The notes under the pieces were generated by a model, which saw nothing but the letters and a program-made list of their open reading frames with translations, was not told the DNA's origin and made no database searches. 64,000 bases of DNA from NCBI GenBank assembly GCA_973895155.1, contig OZ316898.1, positions 18,797,292 to 18,861,291 on the forward strand. The letters are read 5' to 3'. Shown one piece after another: positions 37,538-52,045 of the stretch (position 1 is the stretch's first letter; each line of letters opens with the position of its first letter). The position numbers and the translations under genes are program-made. The DNA is from Marsupella aquatica. Its lineage: Eukaryota > Plantae > Marchantiophyta.

Positions 37538-40500
37538 ATACGAGAATTGATTGTTCCAAGGTTGTTCCTCGGGCCAATTCTCAATGCCACCAATCAGGCC
37601 CCTCTTTCGCTATCACCACGTTGTGCGGATGGCTTTGTCTTGATGGGACACAAGCAATCAGATTATCAAACCTCTCAATCGAGCAATCAGTGCTCTTGAT
37701 GGGACACTGTCTTCCTGTTTCTTTCATTCAGGACAGTAGAAGCGTCTGGGAGTCTCCCTGACTGCCCTCTCAAATGCCTTCTGTAACTTACATTTCAAGT
37801 GTTCATCTAATGATGGACGGCACTGATGAAGATATACTGATTCCTGACCTGCCCACCGTCAGATATTGGCATAGAGATTTCAAGGGACAGCTGAAAGCTA
37901 GTATAGGCTCAACTCCAGGGCACTTTATTTTAGTTCCATTTTGTCAATGATCTGGAGTTGTGGATCCAATTCATATATGGTTGGCTAAATTTTTCAGTTA
38001 CTTTTCACGCACTCATTCCTTGTTACTGTGAAAGGAAAGTTTGCATCAATTTGGGAGCCGGCTTCCCTAGCTTCCACGGTTTGCTCAAGAAATCTCATGG
38101 TTGAGAATCTATAGTTAAAGATGAGCTCCAAGGCAGGTTTTTTGCAAACTGTTTCCCAATGTAATTACGTCTACCTCCTCTTTCAATATATTAAACTAGA
38201 AACCGTGGGGGGTCTTGGGATGGTACAAGTATCACAATTGGATTACAGCTAAAGTACTTTTATATCGTTTGCTCTTGTAATGGATGAATGACAAAAACAA
38301 AAATAGGCAGGAAGTGGATTGAAATTGCACAAAAACAAACGTGGCTAGCATTGAAGCAAACTCAAAGGCCATTAACCATAATTGGGCATTATTCCTTCCC
38401 AACAGTTGTCCACCTACCATCCACCACACCTTTTCACCCATGCATTTCTTTTTCCATCCCAACCTTAGAATCAATCCATCCTCCGTCCATTAATCTGCTC
38501 CTTATAGATTATCTCTCTTCGACTCCAGTCCGAATGATAAACTCTCTCCATCGTAAACTTCACAGGTGCACGAAGGACTTGGACCTTGGTCTAGACTCTG
38601 GAGTCTGGAGGCTGCAAGTCTCTCTCCAACCGTCCTTTCACATGCTTGAGATGTTTAACCGTATACCTCAAGGAAACTTTTAGACATAGGAAAGCCTTAG
38701 AACAATTTGGCCGGTACATATTTTACATGAGCAGAGGACAGTGAGGCCAACGCATTGGAGATTTCTGAATGGATCGCTGGGAGTGAGTGAAAGAAAGTAG
38801 CCTTTTGAGTGAGTGAAAGAAAGTAGCCAACGTCAAAAGGGAGGATGACGATAAAGGTACCCTCCTCCACTGGTGAACCAGAACCACTACTGCCCAGATA
38901 GGAGCTACTTGATGTTGAGATCGACTGCTGTTAGTCTTGAATCTATAGTAGAGCCTTTTGTTTCTAAGCCACTTAATGGGACCCCTCAAAGCCCACCGTA
39001 GACACAAATTTCCTTCAATCAGACCTAGCAAGACGTTTCTAGGACTGCAATGACTCTCTTCGTATGCTCATCCCACCACCATACAAGCTATTCAGTTAAT
39101 GGAATTGACGCACCTGATGAGTCAGAGGAGATTGACTCAGTTGAAAAAACTGATTCAGTTAATGACATGGCGTTGCTAATTCAAAAGAAATTGAATCCTT
39201 TTACGAAATTGACGAAACTGGTGCAGTCCATGAAATTGACCCAGACTTGATCGATTTGTCTGATATCTGGATTTGCTTTTTTATAATAAGTCGTTACACA
39301 ACCCGAAATTGGCATGGTTCTCCAAAATCCTGGAGGTTATAAAACCTTAGAGCCTGAGCATTACATCCCCCCTCCTTCCACACGTTCCTTACCTAAAGAA
39401 TTACCATGCAGTAAACTCATCCACTGTGTGCCAATGGAAATGAAGCCGCACTGACTCTGCCACTCTGGGTCTCTTGTCTGGAGATAGATTGAGGTCACAC
39501 CTTCCCTTCAGCAGATCCTGACAATATAATCCCACCCGATTCTTCTTTTACAGTTTGATACATACTACCTGAGTAGTGACCTGGATCAGGGTATGTGTGC
39601 GTAGCCCTGATATGCATCAGCACATGTGTAGTGGCCATGAAGTGCTTTCATTGCGCATTGCACAGCCAAAGGTTCACGAGCCAATCCCATCAAGAGAGCA
39701 TCCTGCAACACCGCTGACCTCGACCTTGTGCTAGAATAAGTTGTTCATTATTTCCTAGTTTCTGACCCCAAGTTGATCGTCTCCTTGTGGACTAGAGATT
39801 TTTACAGTACTTCATTGGTGACGCCTTGCTGATCAATCCAGCATGTGCATGCCAGGGCTACTGTGCTTAGGGAGTATTTTATGTTCGTCTCCCTTTCAAG
39901 CTCTTACTGTACTGCATTGTTCCGAACGTCCTATGCTCTGTCTATCAATTGCGGTCGGGTAGAGGTGGGGTACACAAACAACAGGAGCATTGCTATAAAT
40001 AATCGATATCTAAATGCCAGAAACAACGAAAAAGTGCCCATAGATTCTGTGCATTTTAGAGGTGCGCACACCTGATACTACTGTACATTCTTACTTGCCT
40101 TTTTCTACTCCCATCGTACACAATCATGTCCTCTTACCATAAACTCAGTCCAATAATGAGCAAGCAGGCTCCAGCTTTTGATGCCAGTATTGCCCTCTTT
40201 TGCATCCAATAATATATATATCTCTCAAAGAACAAAAAGCACCAAACCATCATAGACTGTCCCAACAGCAATAGCTATCCCAACAGCAATAGCTGTTTCT
40301 TGAGTTTGTTTGCTCAGCCCTTGCTGAAAATTTGCATCCATGACCTTGACCCAAATCCTCACTTTGAGACTAACTTAGCATGGAGGGCTTTAGGTTTGAG
40401 ACCATTCAGAACACCTGCCCACCTCATCATTGTTTCTTGAAGGATGCAGACGCCAGTGCATGCTGGTTTGAGACACCCAAAGAAAGAGGGGGCTACAAGA

Positions 40501-43224
40501 AGAAAACCACAGGAAGCCCAAGAGTCCCTCACAAGAGCAAAGGAACTAAAACCCTACACATCAGTAAACTGAAAACATTCTGCAGGTGAAATCAGAGGTG
40601 AGCGAGGGTAATTTTTAGTGGCAAAAATGCCAAATTCAGCCTCTATCAGAATCCATGGGCACTTTTGGCCAAAATAAGCTGCATATTTTGGGTTTCACTA
40701 GCCAGTTTCTCACCAGCCCACACAGGGTCCATAAGCCAAAGTCTGATGGCTATCCTTTAATCTAGGGAGATGTACTGGTCAGACATAAATCTAGAAAAAC
40801 TATATACTTCATAACGGAATCCTAGCCTATGGTCTCCTTTAGGAGATATAGGGCAACATATGTCAACCCGCATTCACGGGGAAAAATACAAAACAGGTAT
40901 AATAGGCATTTGATCATATTTTCAGTTCCTGTGTCCACTTATGATTAGACCTGTTGACATTTCTGTTGTGTTTATCACACGACATGCAATGCAGGAGAAG
41001 TCAAAATTGGAGAGGAGTAAGTGGCTAAGGACCATAATAAGTGAAAGCATGACCTCACTTTGTTGTACTTTCTTCTCAAAAACATATTTTTAAATAAACT
41101 CCATTTGTTAAATAACGGTCCCACCAGTGTTTCCTTTTGTAGTTGGGCCTAATGGCCTATGTAAATCTTGTACTCAAATTATTTTTCATACCATGACGAT
41201 TAGATCTATATAGAGTCAGATTTGGTTCCATTAGGACCATTAGATTCAGATCTCCATGGTTGAGTTTGGTCAATGTGCCAAAATTCTCCTAAAAGTATGT
41301 ATCACACTGCCAAAGGACAAAATGGCAATCTATATACGGTCAGATCTGGGTACACTAGGACCATTAGATCCATACACAGTCAGATCTAGATAGTTGATTT
41401 TGGCCAATGAGTCACATGGTAGCAAATGTGCCAAAAGTCCCCCCAAAATATAGATCACAATGCCAAAGAACAAAAACTCCAAACTGGGAGACGCATCCCA
41501 ATGCAAAGCACCCAGAAAGAAAACACCGGTCCCACATGAGGCCCAACAGGGCATGTCAATGCCATTCCAATATTCCATGATTGAGTTATAGTCAAGTACA
41601 TAAAATGATTTTATGGCTAAGACAAAAACCAAAGACAAAAACAAAATTACCGCTGGGACAACAACATTATTGGCTATGTACAGTAAATACTTGCACCATA
41701 AAGATGATATTTCCAAAACCTTTCACCCATAAGACCTACGCGTGACAGTCCCCTAACAAAACTGGAGATAGTTACTAATCAGCCTATTTTTCAAGGTTTT
41801 TATTTTTAGCTATTGTGGTGAATGTTGACTTCTCTAAGGGAGTAGATTCTAGGAATATTCTTTATCAGATTCTGACCATTGGATTTTGGCAAATAGGGTT
41901 CATGATCTGGTGAAAAGCGGCTAATGGTGTTAAAAAATTCTGGCAAATATTAGCCAAAAGTGGGCTAACATTTTTGGGGGAGGTGAAATTTGGCGAAAAT
42001 TGGCGAAAATTTGCACTTAAAAAATACGCCCGTCCTGATGGTAAAAGCAACCCTGTGGAAACACAGGGTCCCACATGGGGCCCATTAAAAAGGTGTTGAA
42101 GTAACCTGAAGCCACGCGTAGATTAACTCGAAAAACGGGTGTGAAGTTCTGGTTGGTAGTAGTGAATGGTTCTAATCTGTCACCCCCTCCTTTAATCTCC
42201 CTTCACCGTGTCCATGGATGAATGTTGGGCCAATGGGTCGTCGTCACCTCTGTCACGATGCACCCAAAAGGTTGGCACACGATGGTGTCTTCGCTAACAG
42301 ACACTCTGCCGTGGAGCACTAGGCCTTGTAGAGTTGTAGACTGTTTGATGCGGAATTGCTGTAGCATATACTGTACCCCTTGCCTAATTGCCTTGCCTTG
42401 CCTTGCCAGAGCCCAGCCAAGCAATCCAGGTATGACAATCCACCTGTGCTAAAATCTTGGCTGCTACGTCACTGCTCCAGAAACGAGAGTCGTAATCTTC
42501 TCCTGTAGACAGACTGCGTAAAACGAAAGCTCGGTCCACCATGGTCTTCGTGAATATGCACTGATTCCTTGATCTGTGGGTCATCGGGTCGTCTCGTGAC
42601 ATTCCAGACCAGACGGTTTGCGAAATCCAAACGAGGCACTTGTGGTCGTTTGAGGAAGAAGGTGATGAGAAGCTGCATTGCTCAGTTTGATCCACTGCTG
42701 GAGAAACACGCTTGGATTGAGAATAAGTCATTGGTGGTTGCCGTCAAAGGGGTATGCCCCGTCTGCTGTTGCTACTGATGAGGCTGCCTGAATCGGGTAA
42801 GGTGAAGACTAGCCCCACCACAGATTTCCGCTCTGGAGCACTGTTGGATCACTCTGTCTTTCCTTTCGGCTCGTGGTTTAATCACAGTAAACCCACACGC
42901 TTGAGAAAGGCGGTCAGCTTCGGGAGTTCGGTTCATAGTTTACTCCTGTAGCTGTTGAGGCATGCCCACCTTTCTTGTTGGCGTCGAATTATTATTCCCA
43001 ATAATCTCAGAGGGAGAGAAACCCACCTTTACGGTTCACCGTTTTCCCCACGCCTCAGACAGGCACAGCTTCTTTAGTCTGGCGGTCTCGAGAAGCGCAC
43101 TCACTGTCAAGGCATGTCCGTTTGTTGTTCTCGCTGCTGCGCCTCGAAGAAGGACGAGCATGGAAGGAGTCACTCTTGTCACAATCCGAAAGGAAAGGGA
43201 AAGAGGCGTGGACAGGGAAGAGGG

Positions 43225-46200
43225 ATGCCTGCGAGTTTGGGGAGTACGGAAGCTGAAGAAGGAGGCGGATCAGGTAGCGACGATGAGAACAAGATGAGTT
43301 GCAGAGGATCGCCCCCCGATCCGCAGTGGTCGAGGATGTCGGGTGGAACGAAAGGATGGCGGTTGAGAGGGGTGGAGTGGCGAGTGAAACTCGGTATTCT
43401 GCCTAGTGGTAATGCATCTGTGGGCGCCATGCGTCGTGCTACTGCAGATGGTCGTCGCAAGTAAGCATTCTGGACATCAATTCTCGCACCTTAGGAAGGA
43501 TCGCTCACGATGAATTTCTCCATGAGATTGCATTAGCGTACGTCTGTTGAGTTTCTTTCAGGGTACCAGTGGTCTAAATGATTGCTGGGTTGTGATGTCC
43601 TGGCTCTACTTGACCGCTCTCTTTGCCTGCCTGGGGTTGTGAAGGTATTGCAAACAGTACTCTCCAGTGCCGTTTAATGTTCCAAGTGAATTCCGAAGAC
43701 CTGTTAAGATGTCTCCAGAGCTGAACCTTTCGCTCAATCCTCTCAATTTTTTCTATCCCTTGCTTGTCACGAGGTGTGTCACGAGGGATTAGTTGAATGT
43801 TTTCAGGTGATGTAGGGGCTTGCGTAAAGACATGTTGAGTTCATAATCCTTTCCCAACCCTCAAAATGCTTCACATCCGGTGCTTTGGTGTATGGACCTC
43901 GTTCATTTTCCTTGTTGTGAATGGTCAATTATTACTCTTCATTGTTTGGAGACCCGAGTCTACAATTCTGACTTCGAGTATGTGTGGGAGGTCGAATATC
44001 CAACGTCTTCTCTGTGAGTCACGGAGTACGTTCTCTGTTATCGAAGCAAACCTCGATACTTCTGTTTTAGTGTAGCAGGGACGATTGGTTACTGTGGGCT
44101 ATAGAATTGGGAATCATTTTGTAATAGGCACGACTGCTGTACCTGAATTCTATTGCGGTCCTTGATATGGATTCTGTCGTTGCTCTAAAGGGACTTGATT
44201 GTGTGTCAGGTATGCAGATCTACGAAGGCGTCTCCTTGTGGACCCGCACATCATGGATGAGGATCAGACTACATCACAGCTCAGGATGGACAATCCGCTG
44301 TCTCAAGATCCCGGTGAGTGGCATGCCACCCCCCACCGTGAATTGAACTCTCGCTGTGCTAAAGAATATCCGTACGAAGTTCTATCGTGGACTCTCCAAA
44401 GGCCAGAACAAGCACAGGCTGTGTTCTCTGCAGATCATACTAGCTCCAGAAGTTATTGTACCCCTTAGATGTGATTCAGTAGTTTGCTGGATTAGTCTTC
44501 CAATCGGTATGGAGACAATAGTCTTGGTATCAACCTTGTTAGACTTTGGCTTTTGCTTGTTGGCCCAATTTCTTTGCATGGCGGAATTGTTCAACGCAAA
44601 GGCTGCCCTCTTGAATGTGGGTGCTAATCTGTGAAACCTATCGCAATAATTTGCAGAAAGTGTATGGGGTCGATATTTTCAGAATGCTGAGTTGGAGAAG
44701 ACAATCGACATCGACCTCACTCGCTTGTATCCCGAGCACGGTGGTTTCTTTCAGACTGCTCCGTGTCAAGCAATGATGCGTCGCATTCTGCTCGTCTGGT
44801 CTCTCATTCATCCGCAGTTCAGCTATCGCCAAGGTGTGTGCTGATGGGTAGAAAGATTGGCTTATTTGGACGCTGGACGCTTTTCGCATATGTCAATTTC
44901 TAGGTCAATTTGTTCGTCTAGGCAATTATTGGTCTCGTCGATTTTCTGGGCTTGAGTCGGGAAGCTAGTCCCTTGACTCGAAGGCTGGAAAAGTCAAGCT
45001 CATCGTCATGGAATTCTCATCATCGTTTTTTCAGGTATGCACGAATTGCTGGCACCACTCCTCTATGTACTGCATGTCGACGTGGTTCGCTTATCGCAAG
45101 TTAAGCATCGGTTTGAAGATCTTTTCGATGATAGGTTCGACAGCTTGTCCCTGCAAGAGCAACATGTGAGAGACAAGGTTGAGTCGGCCAAGAATTTTTG
45201 TGGGGAGATGATTGTCGTCGGAGACTCGATTAACTTTAAAGACGAAGCCAAAACTATCGTAGATAGTGTAGTTGATTCCGAGGAGCAGAGGGTTGACTTG
45301 AGTGAGATCATTCAGGGCAGTGATATGTACGGCGTTGAAGGTGAGCTCGGTGCACTACTTTCCGCTCGCTTTTTGGAGCACGATGTGTATTGCATGCTTG
45401 ACGCTCTCCTCGATGGACAAGGGGGAGCTGTGGCCATGGCTGAGTATTTCCAGGCATCCTCCGGTGGGGGCAAACCCCCCGTGATCGAAGCTTCTGCTGC
45501 TGTGTATCGAACTTTGGCTGCCGCCGACATAACTTTATACACCCATCTCGTGGAGATTGAAGTAGAGCCTCAATTTTTTGCACTCCGGTGGCTGCGTTTA
45601 TTGTTCGGACGGGAGTTTGTTCTAGAGGACTTGTTAAGAATTTGGGATGCAATATTTGAAGCAGATAACACTCCCTTGTATCAACACGGAGGAGAGGATG
45701 ACTGTATCATGAAGATTTCTCACCGCGGGGCACTTATTTCTTCCTTCTCCGTATCAATGCTTCTCTACGTCCGGCCAGCTTTGCTCGCCTCTCCGGATGT
45801 GACTGGATGCTTACAGCGGCTCCTGAATTTCCCTCAAGTTCCAGATATCAGGGATTTGATTGAAGGTGCTAAAGCTCTGCGGCCTCTTGCGGAAGCTGCA
45901 GTGAAGTCTCCCGGCAAACCCGTTCTACACAATATACGGACATCCGATTTAAGGGCGAGTGGAGGGAAACATTTAAGGAATGGCAGCATATCCCCACCCA
46001 CTCCCCAGCGTCTTGCCTTGCGTCTCCAATGTTCAAGTCCCTCTTCTCCAGATATCCTCAAACTGTCAATGGCTCTTCCTGGAAGTTACTGGGAAGAGAA
46101 ATGGACTCATTCTGTTCTGCAAAAGAAGTCTCCAGATGAATTGTTTAGCCCAAGAACAACTAGGACCGACCTATCTTCTAGGGACTTCGAAAGTGTTGAA

Positions 46201-48407
46201 AGAGATGGCTCGAATACTGCCGGGACGTTGAGTAGAAGTACTAGTGAAGGACGGCATCAGCGTCCATATCAAGTTGCAGCAAATTTGAGTGTCAGAAACT
46301 GTGACTCTTCTCAGGAATCCAGCGATGATGAAGGACAGGAAATGCTTAGAAGGGGTGGAGAGCCATCAAGCCATGATGTTGCTCCGTCCAAACGTCATGG
46401 AAATGTCAGCATCGTTGGTATGGACAAATCTCCTATGGCCACTCAGGGGACCAGGGGCCACTTCAGGCGGAATTCTGGACAGGATGGGTCTCTGCCTTCT
46501 TCTTCTTCCAGTGCCACTCGGGAGATAAGGGGCCACTTTAGACGGAATTCTGAACAGGACGTGTCTCTGACTTCTACATCTCCCGCTGCCAATCAAGGGA
46601 CAAGGGGCCACTTCAGGCGGAGTTCGTTAGATGCATCGTTGCCTTCGGCTTCTGCTTCTGCCCAAGAAAAGTGCCGTTCATTTGTATCTGGGTCTCGAAG
46701 GAAAGGTTTAATTGTTGAAAGTGGGCAACCTGGTCCTGTCAGTTATGAGGCCCTGGAAAGTGCCATGTTTGGAGATGATTATTCAGAAAGCATGGACGTT
46801 GTGGACAAATTTGAGGTCACGAGGTCTACAGCTTCTGCTCTTGGTAATGAAAAGTACTCGACTGTGCAAGACGACGGCCTTGGTCAAGCAGGAATCGACT
46901 CGTCTCCAAACTCCGTGGAACCAAGCAAGGATGAAGCAGTAGGTGTCATTGTAGGTCCAACAACAAGCTCTTCTGAGACACAGGATATCTCTGACACGGG
47001 AATTGTCTCAATGAACGGAAACGAAGTAAACCCCTCAATTTCTCTTGCTCTACAGGACACAGAGGACAGTCAAGACTCACTTGCACTCAAACAGAGCAAA
47101 GCACTGCAACCAGAGTTGCCTACTAATGTGCAGAAGGTAGTGGACCAATCTGTAACAGAAGGCAATGAAGCTCTTGAGGTGAAGGAGATGTCTCAAGATA
47201 AGGACGGCAGCGGTGATTCCTGTCTTTCTGGGACCCAATCCCATAGTCAAGGGAAAGAGAGTAAAGGGGATATCGGTGTCGAAGATGGTATAAAAAAAAG
47301 CGCAAAGGCGGTACTTCCATCCAAGTCCAAGCCTCCTTTACCTCCGAGTAAATTAAGCAGGTTCAGCTGGGTGTGGAGTTTAGGTAGGACCAGCTTTTCA
47401 GAGAAGACGATCACTACCAAAGTCTCTAAAGACGACTCGCCAGCAACTGAAATAGCTCCTCATCTCAGTGATGCTGCCAGTGACTTTGAGGTGTCCAACA
47501 GTGCAGCAGCGGCTGCGGCCCAGCGGAGGAAGAAGAGCTGGTGGCGTGCCAATAGTGACATAGTCCCTGAGGAGAGTGTGGCAACTACGAGCACTGATTT
47601 GGGCAATGGAGATAATGCTGGTAATGATGTTCTTAGACCTGTTGACTCAGTCAAGCCTGCAATCGAATCACCTGTGGTAGCGTCAGGAGAGCAGTTGAAC
47701 GAAGGGCCGGTGGAAGAGATTCCAGCACCTAGTAAAGCTACCGCAAAACAACGTGACGATATTGAAGCACCTGAAGAGACACGAGCACAATGCCGCGAAC
47801 CAGTAATACAGCCTGAAGACGCTAGTTCATGTGCAAATTTACAAATACCGGACCAGAGTGCTTCAGAGTCGCCCAACTATGTCACTCCTTCTGCTGCATT
47901 ACAAGCAGAAGGTCAAGATGCCGCAAAAGAGCCGAAAGATTTGACTCCATCTTCAGCACTACAAGCTCTTGGCCAAGATGCTTCAAAAAGAAGTAGAGAT
48001 ATGACACCTTCCACCGCATTACAAGCTCTAGGCCAAGCAGTGCTGGATCACGTACAGGTGTGTTTGGAGAATGAGCTTGTGGTTTTTTTGTGGTCCACTT
48101 TACCAGCAGTTTTCTATTGAAGTATATTACGTTCATGTCATACTACTAGCTTGAAGCCAAGTTTGTCAAGAAACTGGAATATGCAATTAATTTTCCGTTG
48201 TCTGTGTGAAATGTTTTGCAGGTTCTGGAGTCTGCTTTGGCCCAAAAAGTTACTGTTTTGGGCATTGAAAATATGATGTGGACCCCTGCTGTTCGAGAAA
48301 GAAGTGATAACACCATCAAAGCTGGCCTGGGGAACAAGGGGCAAGTTGCAGCCCTGGCAGCAATTGCCGAGCTTCGGAAAATCAGTCACGCTTTGCAGCA
48401 GATGTAA
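43225..48407 (+). CDS. TBC1D5: TBC-domain Rab GTPase-activating protein, TBC1D5-like, 5 exons
   Basis: Exons 43225-43460 (LRGVEWRVKLGILP), 44210-44313 (YADLRRRLLVDP..DNPLSQDP), 44657-44833 (IDIDLTRLYPE..YRQG), 45035-48057 (MHELLAPLLY..EPQFFALRWLRLLFGREF) and 48222-48407, all GT-AG and in frame. Catalytic IxxDxxR and YxQ fingers are intact. Confidence 0.93.
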
Positions 48408-50835
48408 GTTTTATGTGGAATATGAGTGCAAGTCTTCTTAGGCAACCAGTAGAGCTTTTGACATACTGTGGGGTCGGATCGTATACCCGAGCCTCATCAA
48501 GCCAGGGAAGTTCTACGACATCAAATTAGAGCTCGATCCGTGACATGTAACTAAACAGATCTCGCACACGGCCACATTGGACAGGTGCAGATGTCGTTGA
48601 ATTTTGAACCATTAAAGCTACAGATTAAGCATAGAGTTATTACTTTCTAAATTCTTTTCCAGACCCAAAGAAAGGGAACGATTGTAGCCAACTACTATCT
48701 GGAAGGCAGGGGACTTATTGTACAGTTGAACAACTTGGTGACTCGCCTAATTAAGAATCAGGGCCAGTAATCATGATGAGTTGCCAGGACATCGAGTTTG
48801 GTGGACTTTCACTTCAGTTGCTGTAAATTTCGTGGTGACTGAATTTGAGATTTCTTTTATAAATATTTTTGACGAGATGAAGGCATTTCTGCACATTGGT
48901 TTTTGGAGTCCACCCTGATTATGTGACCCTGATGGAGCGTATCCGTGTGACTTCTGGCTGCTGCACAATATGTGCAGTAATTGAGGACAAAAGCTCGTTG
49001 GTCAGGCCCTTCGCCATGTGAGCAGAGACTTCGAGCTCTGGTAGCAATAATATCAGTTGCAATTCAACATTCTCAGAAATAGATTTGTTCTTGCGGAGGA
49101 TATATTTCAGCTTACAGTCCTGGACAAGGTTTGAAGTTGTTTTTAGCATGGCATTAAGTAGATTTGGAGCCCAATCTACTTAAGCATGGCATTAAGTAGC
49201 TTGGCATACATCAATTCAAATTTAGACGAACCAAAGCATTTCGTTTTATGCTCTGCAGTTGTTGTACAATACTTTTAACAAGGGATAGCTACGTCTTCCG
49301 TATAATTTCCGCAGCTGAGATCCAGGTTTCTTCCACTTCAACAAAAAATTGGTATTTCAGTGTGTGAATGTGACATAGTTGGAAGTTACCAACAGGGTTG
49401 TTTCGCATCTTGATTTGTCCTGGATTTCACATCATGAAGGCAAAGTGATTCCTGAATCGGCGACAAGCAATTGTTCTGGCCAACTACATGGAATGCGCAA
49501 ATCTTGCTTTTGCTAACTTTGAATTCCGAGTTTCAGAATTCTGTCAAGTGTCTGTCCAGGAGATGATTGCAAATATCTCTACAAAAGTTCAAACGCAAAT
49601 ATGGCTCGAGAAACCTCCGGGAAGGACTTTTTGTAATTACTTTTCATGTTCTTCGAAGGCACTGGAATTCCATTTTCTCCAAAACCAACATTAAAAATCC
49701 GTTGAATGTATCTCCATCTTGTGTGTTTGACTGAATAGAGCAACCTGTGTTCGTAGAACTTTACGTGGTTGGATTTGGGATGCTCACTCTTGTAACACCA
49801 GTTGACAAAATCTGCTGGAAGCGGTTCTTGCCTGCCCACAACTTGGGTCATGCCACCACCACGTCTTTTCATTCATCCACGTAAAATTGTTGTCTCGTTT
49901 TGCTGCAGAGAAATGCGCAGGAGCGGGGCGGGAGAATCGATCAAATGGACTTGCATGTGACGGAGTACACGGAGTCACAGGCGATAAAAAAAGATTGCTT
50001 TTCATAACGTGATTCAAATAAATTACGAAGATGATCGTTGCGTCACCATTGGGAAGATTCTTTTCTAGGCCACTGTCACTTTCCCCGCCAGGATTTGCAG
50101 AAGGAATAGAACATCGGCAACAGGAAGAATTCAGGCAGTTCTCTCGCCGCACTGAGATTAAAAAACCCATTGACCCCACAGGCATCAGAGAAGGAGGCTC
50201 GTCATTCCGTAGACTGATTGCATTGTCCCCTTTTGCTTTCCATTTCTCACATCCGTATGACCTACGAAGACCCATGAAATTCGCAAACTGTGGACAGCCT
50301 GTCCTGATTTGTCAACAGCCTTCTTCGTCATGAAGGACAACTTGGCTTTAGAGTTTGTAGGCTCTAGAAAGAGTGCCTTTGAAGTCGGACACAAGTACTC
50401 GACAGCTTCTTCAGACATTTTCTTGCCTTTTGGGTAGACACTACACCATGCTCCGCACCTATTTCGAATTTGTTGTTCTCTGCTTGAAGGTACGAATCCC
50501 CGTCTTTGTATCTACTCTCGCACATTTTTGTTCTCGTTCTCCTTTTGGATAGTTTCATTTTCATATTACTTTTCAAGCACACAATGTTTTCTTTGCACAG
50601 TCTGCCTCTGCTATGCCGAACTTCTGCACACTTGCAGTTCATATGCTGCATTCATGGCCAAATGTAATGATACTACCAGCTAAGCTGCTTTATGCGTCAA
50701 TATGTTTGCATTCAATCATGCCATCTATTCTAAGTTTCTATAAGTGACTAAATTAGCACTTATTGAGTGGACCTGAAAATACAAACCAAAAATTAGGTGA
50801 GAACAATAGTCAGCAACGGAAATGCATGTTTTAAA

Positions 50836-51107
50836 TCAACAGGCTTAGGTCAGTTGGATAGGGGATGGGCTTGGAAGTATATGGGTGTGGGTGAGGTGGA
50901 TTTTGTGGGTAGTGGATGGGAGTTCCGATTATTTACTCAGCCCTTGGTTGTCCACTTTGTGGCCCTGCTTTTCTCTTCCTCCTGGTGCGGGTCCTTGTCG
51001 GAGATGTGGGGGCTCACCCTGAAATGGGTTCCCTACAAAGAAAATGTCACTATTTGGGTGGGGAGAGACTACTAATATTCTGCCCCATTTCCTTTCAAGA
51101 CAAAAAA
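50836..51107 (+). mobile_element. About 270-bp retroposed insert (SINE-like or LINE 3' end)
   Basis: Direct repeat gaaatgcatgttt(t)aaa at 50819-50835 and 51108-51123, with an A-run immediately before the right copy. Confidence 0.6.
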
Positions 51108-51834
51108 GAAATGCATGTTTAAACCAGCACCCCAATCAGAGCCTGTCAAAAAAATTATGGCCTGATAGTAAAATTGATCAAAAACTTCCGAGTCTTCAGG
51201 AAGGTAGTCTACAATAATCAGGTCAGTGAGTGCAAGTGACTTATATGAAGTCGCTAAGATGCCGGTCTTAGGTTGAATTACATGCTTGGAGACGCAGCTC
51301 CACTAGAGATGCCAACTTAACAATTCATGTCAAACTCTTGCATCTCCAAATCCTGGCTACTAGACACCATATTATTTGCCACCTGGCACTTGATAATAGC
51401 CTCTAGTTCTATCTCCTCAGTACAACCAATATTACCAATACCTCGACAAAAGTGCCTGCATTTTGAGCAGTCTCTTAGTGCAAATCCATGATCTCCAATT
51501 TTACAACCTTCCCTGTAAAACCAGTTGGTCACCTGAAGTTAGAGGAAAAACCAAAAAAAAACTACCTAAACTCACGAGAGATTACATTTGGGGCCTGGTT
51601 TGTACAATGTAGAGTTCTTCATTTTTCATGACACCCTCTATATCCTGAGGCGAATCCCTCTTCTATGGCTGCACCTGCGGCAGGAATCTTCAAAAGCACT
51701 GAAGTTTGGAACTTTAGGTCTACAAGCAAAGGGTCAGAAGAGTAAGCCACTACTTTCTCATCCTCTGAATCCATGGTACACTGCATCACCACCAATAGTT
51801 TTCTCTCCTTCGCATATTTTCTCGCCTTTGATAT

Positions 51835-52045
51835 ATTTTTCTGTCTTTGACATCTTTTTCTCTCTTTCACATTTTTCTCACCTTGACGTATTTCCCTCAC
51901 CTTGACATCTTTCCCTTGCCTCGACATCTTTCCTTCTCCTCGACATCTTGCCATTACCTCAACATCTTTTCCTCTCTCCACATCTTGCCATCACCTTGGC
52001 ATCTTTCCGTCACATTGACATCTTGCCCTCGCCTCAAAATCTTTC
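51835..52045 (+). repeat. Degenerate minisatellite of about 20 bp
   Basis: Recurring (cc)ttgacatcttt(t/c)cct units. Confidence 0.7.

Noticed and set aside
37550-40400. Scattered short ORFs
   Set aside because: No recognisable domain or consistent splice structure.
45063-48389. Multiple antisense and alternate-frame ORFs within the TBC gene (similar ones in PIAL, the U-box gene and 3520-8309)
   Set aside because: Shadow ORFs of the real coding strand.
50185-50651. TPR-like peptide EAVEYL..KALFLEPTNSKAKL on the minus strand
   Set aside because: A single short motif in a broken frame, insufficient to call a gene.
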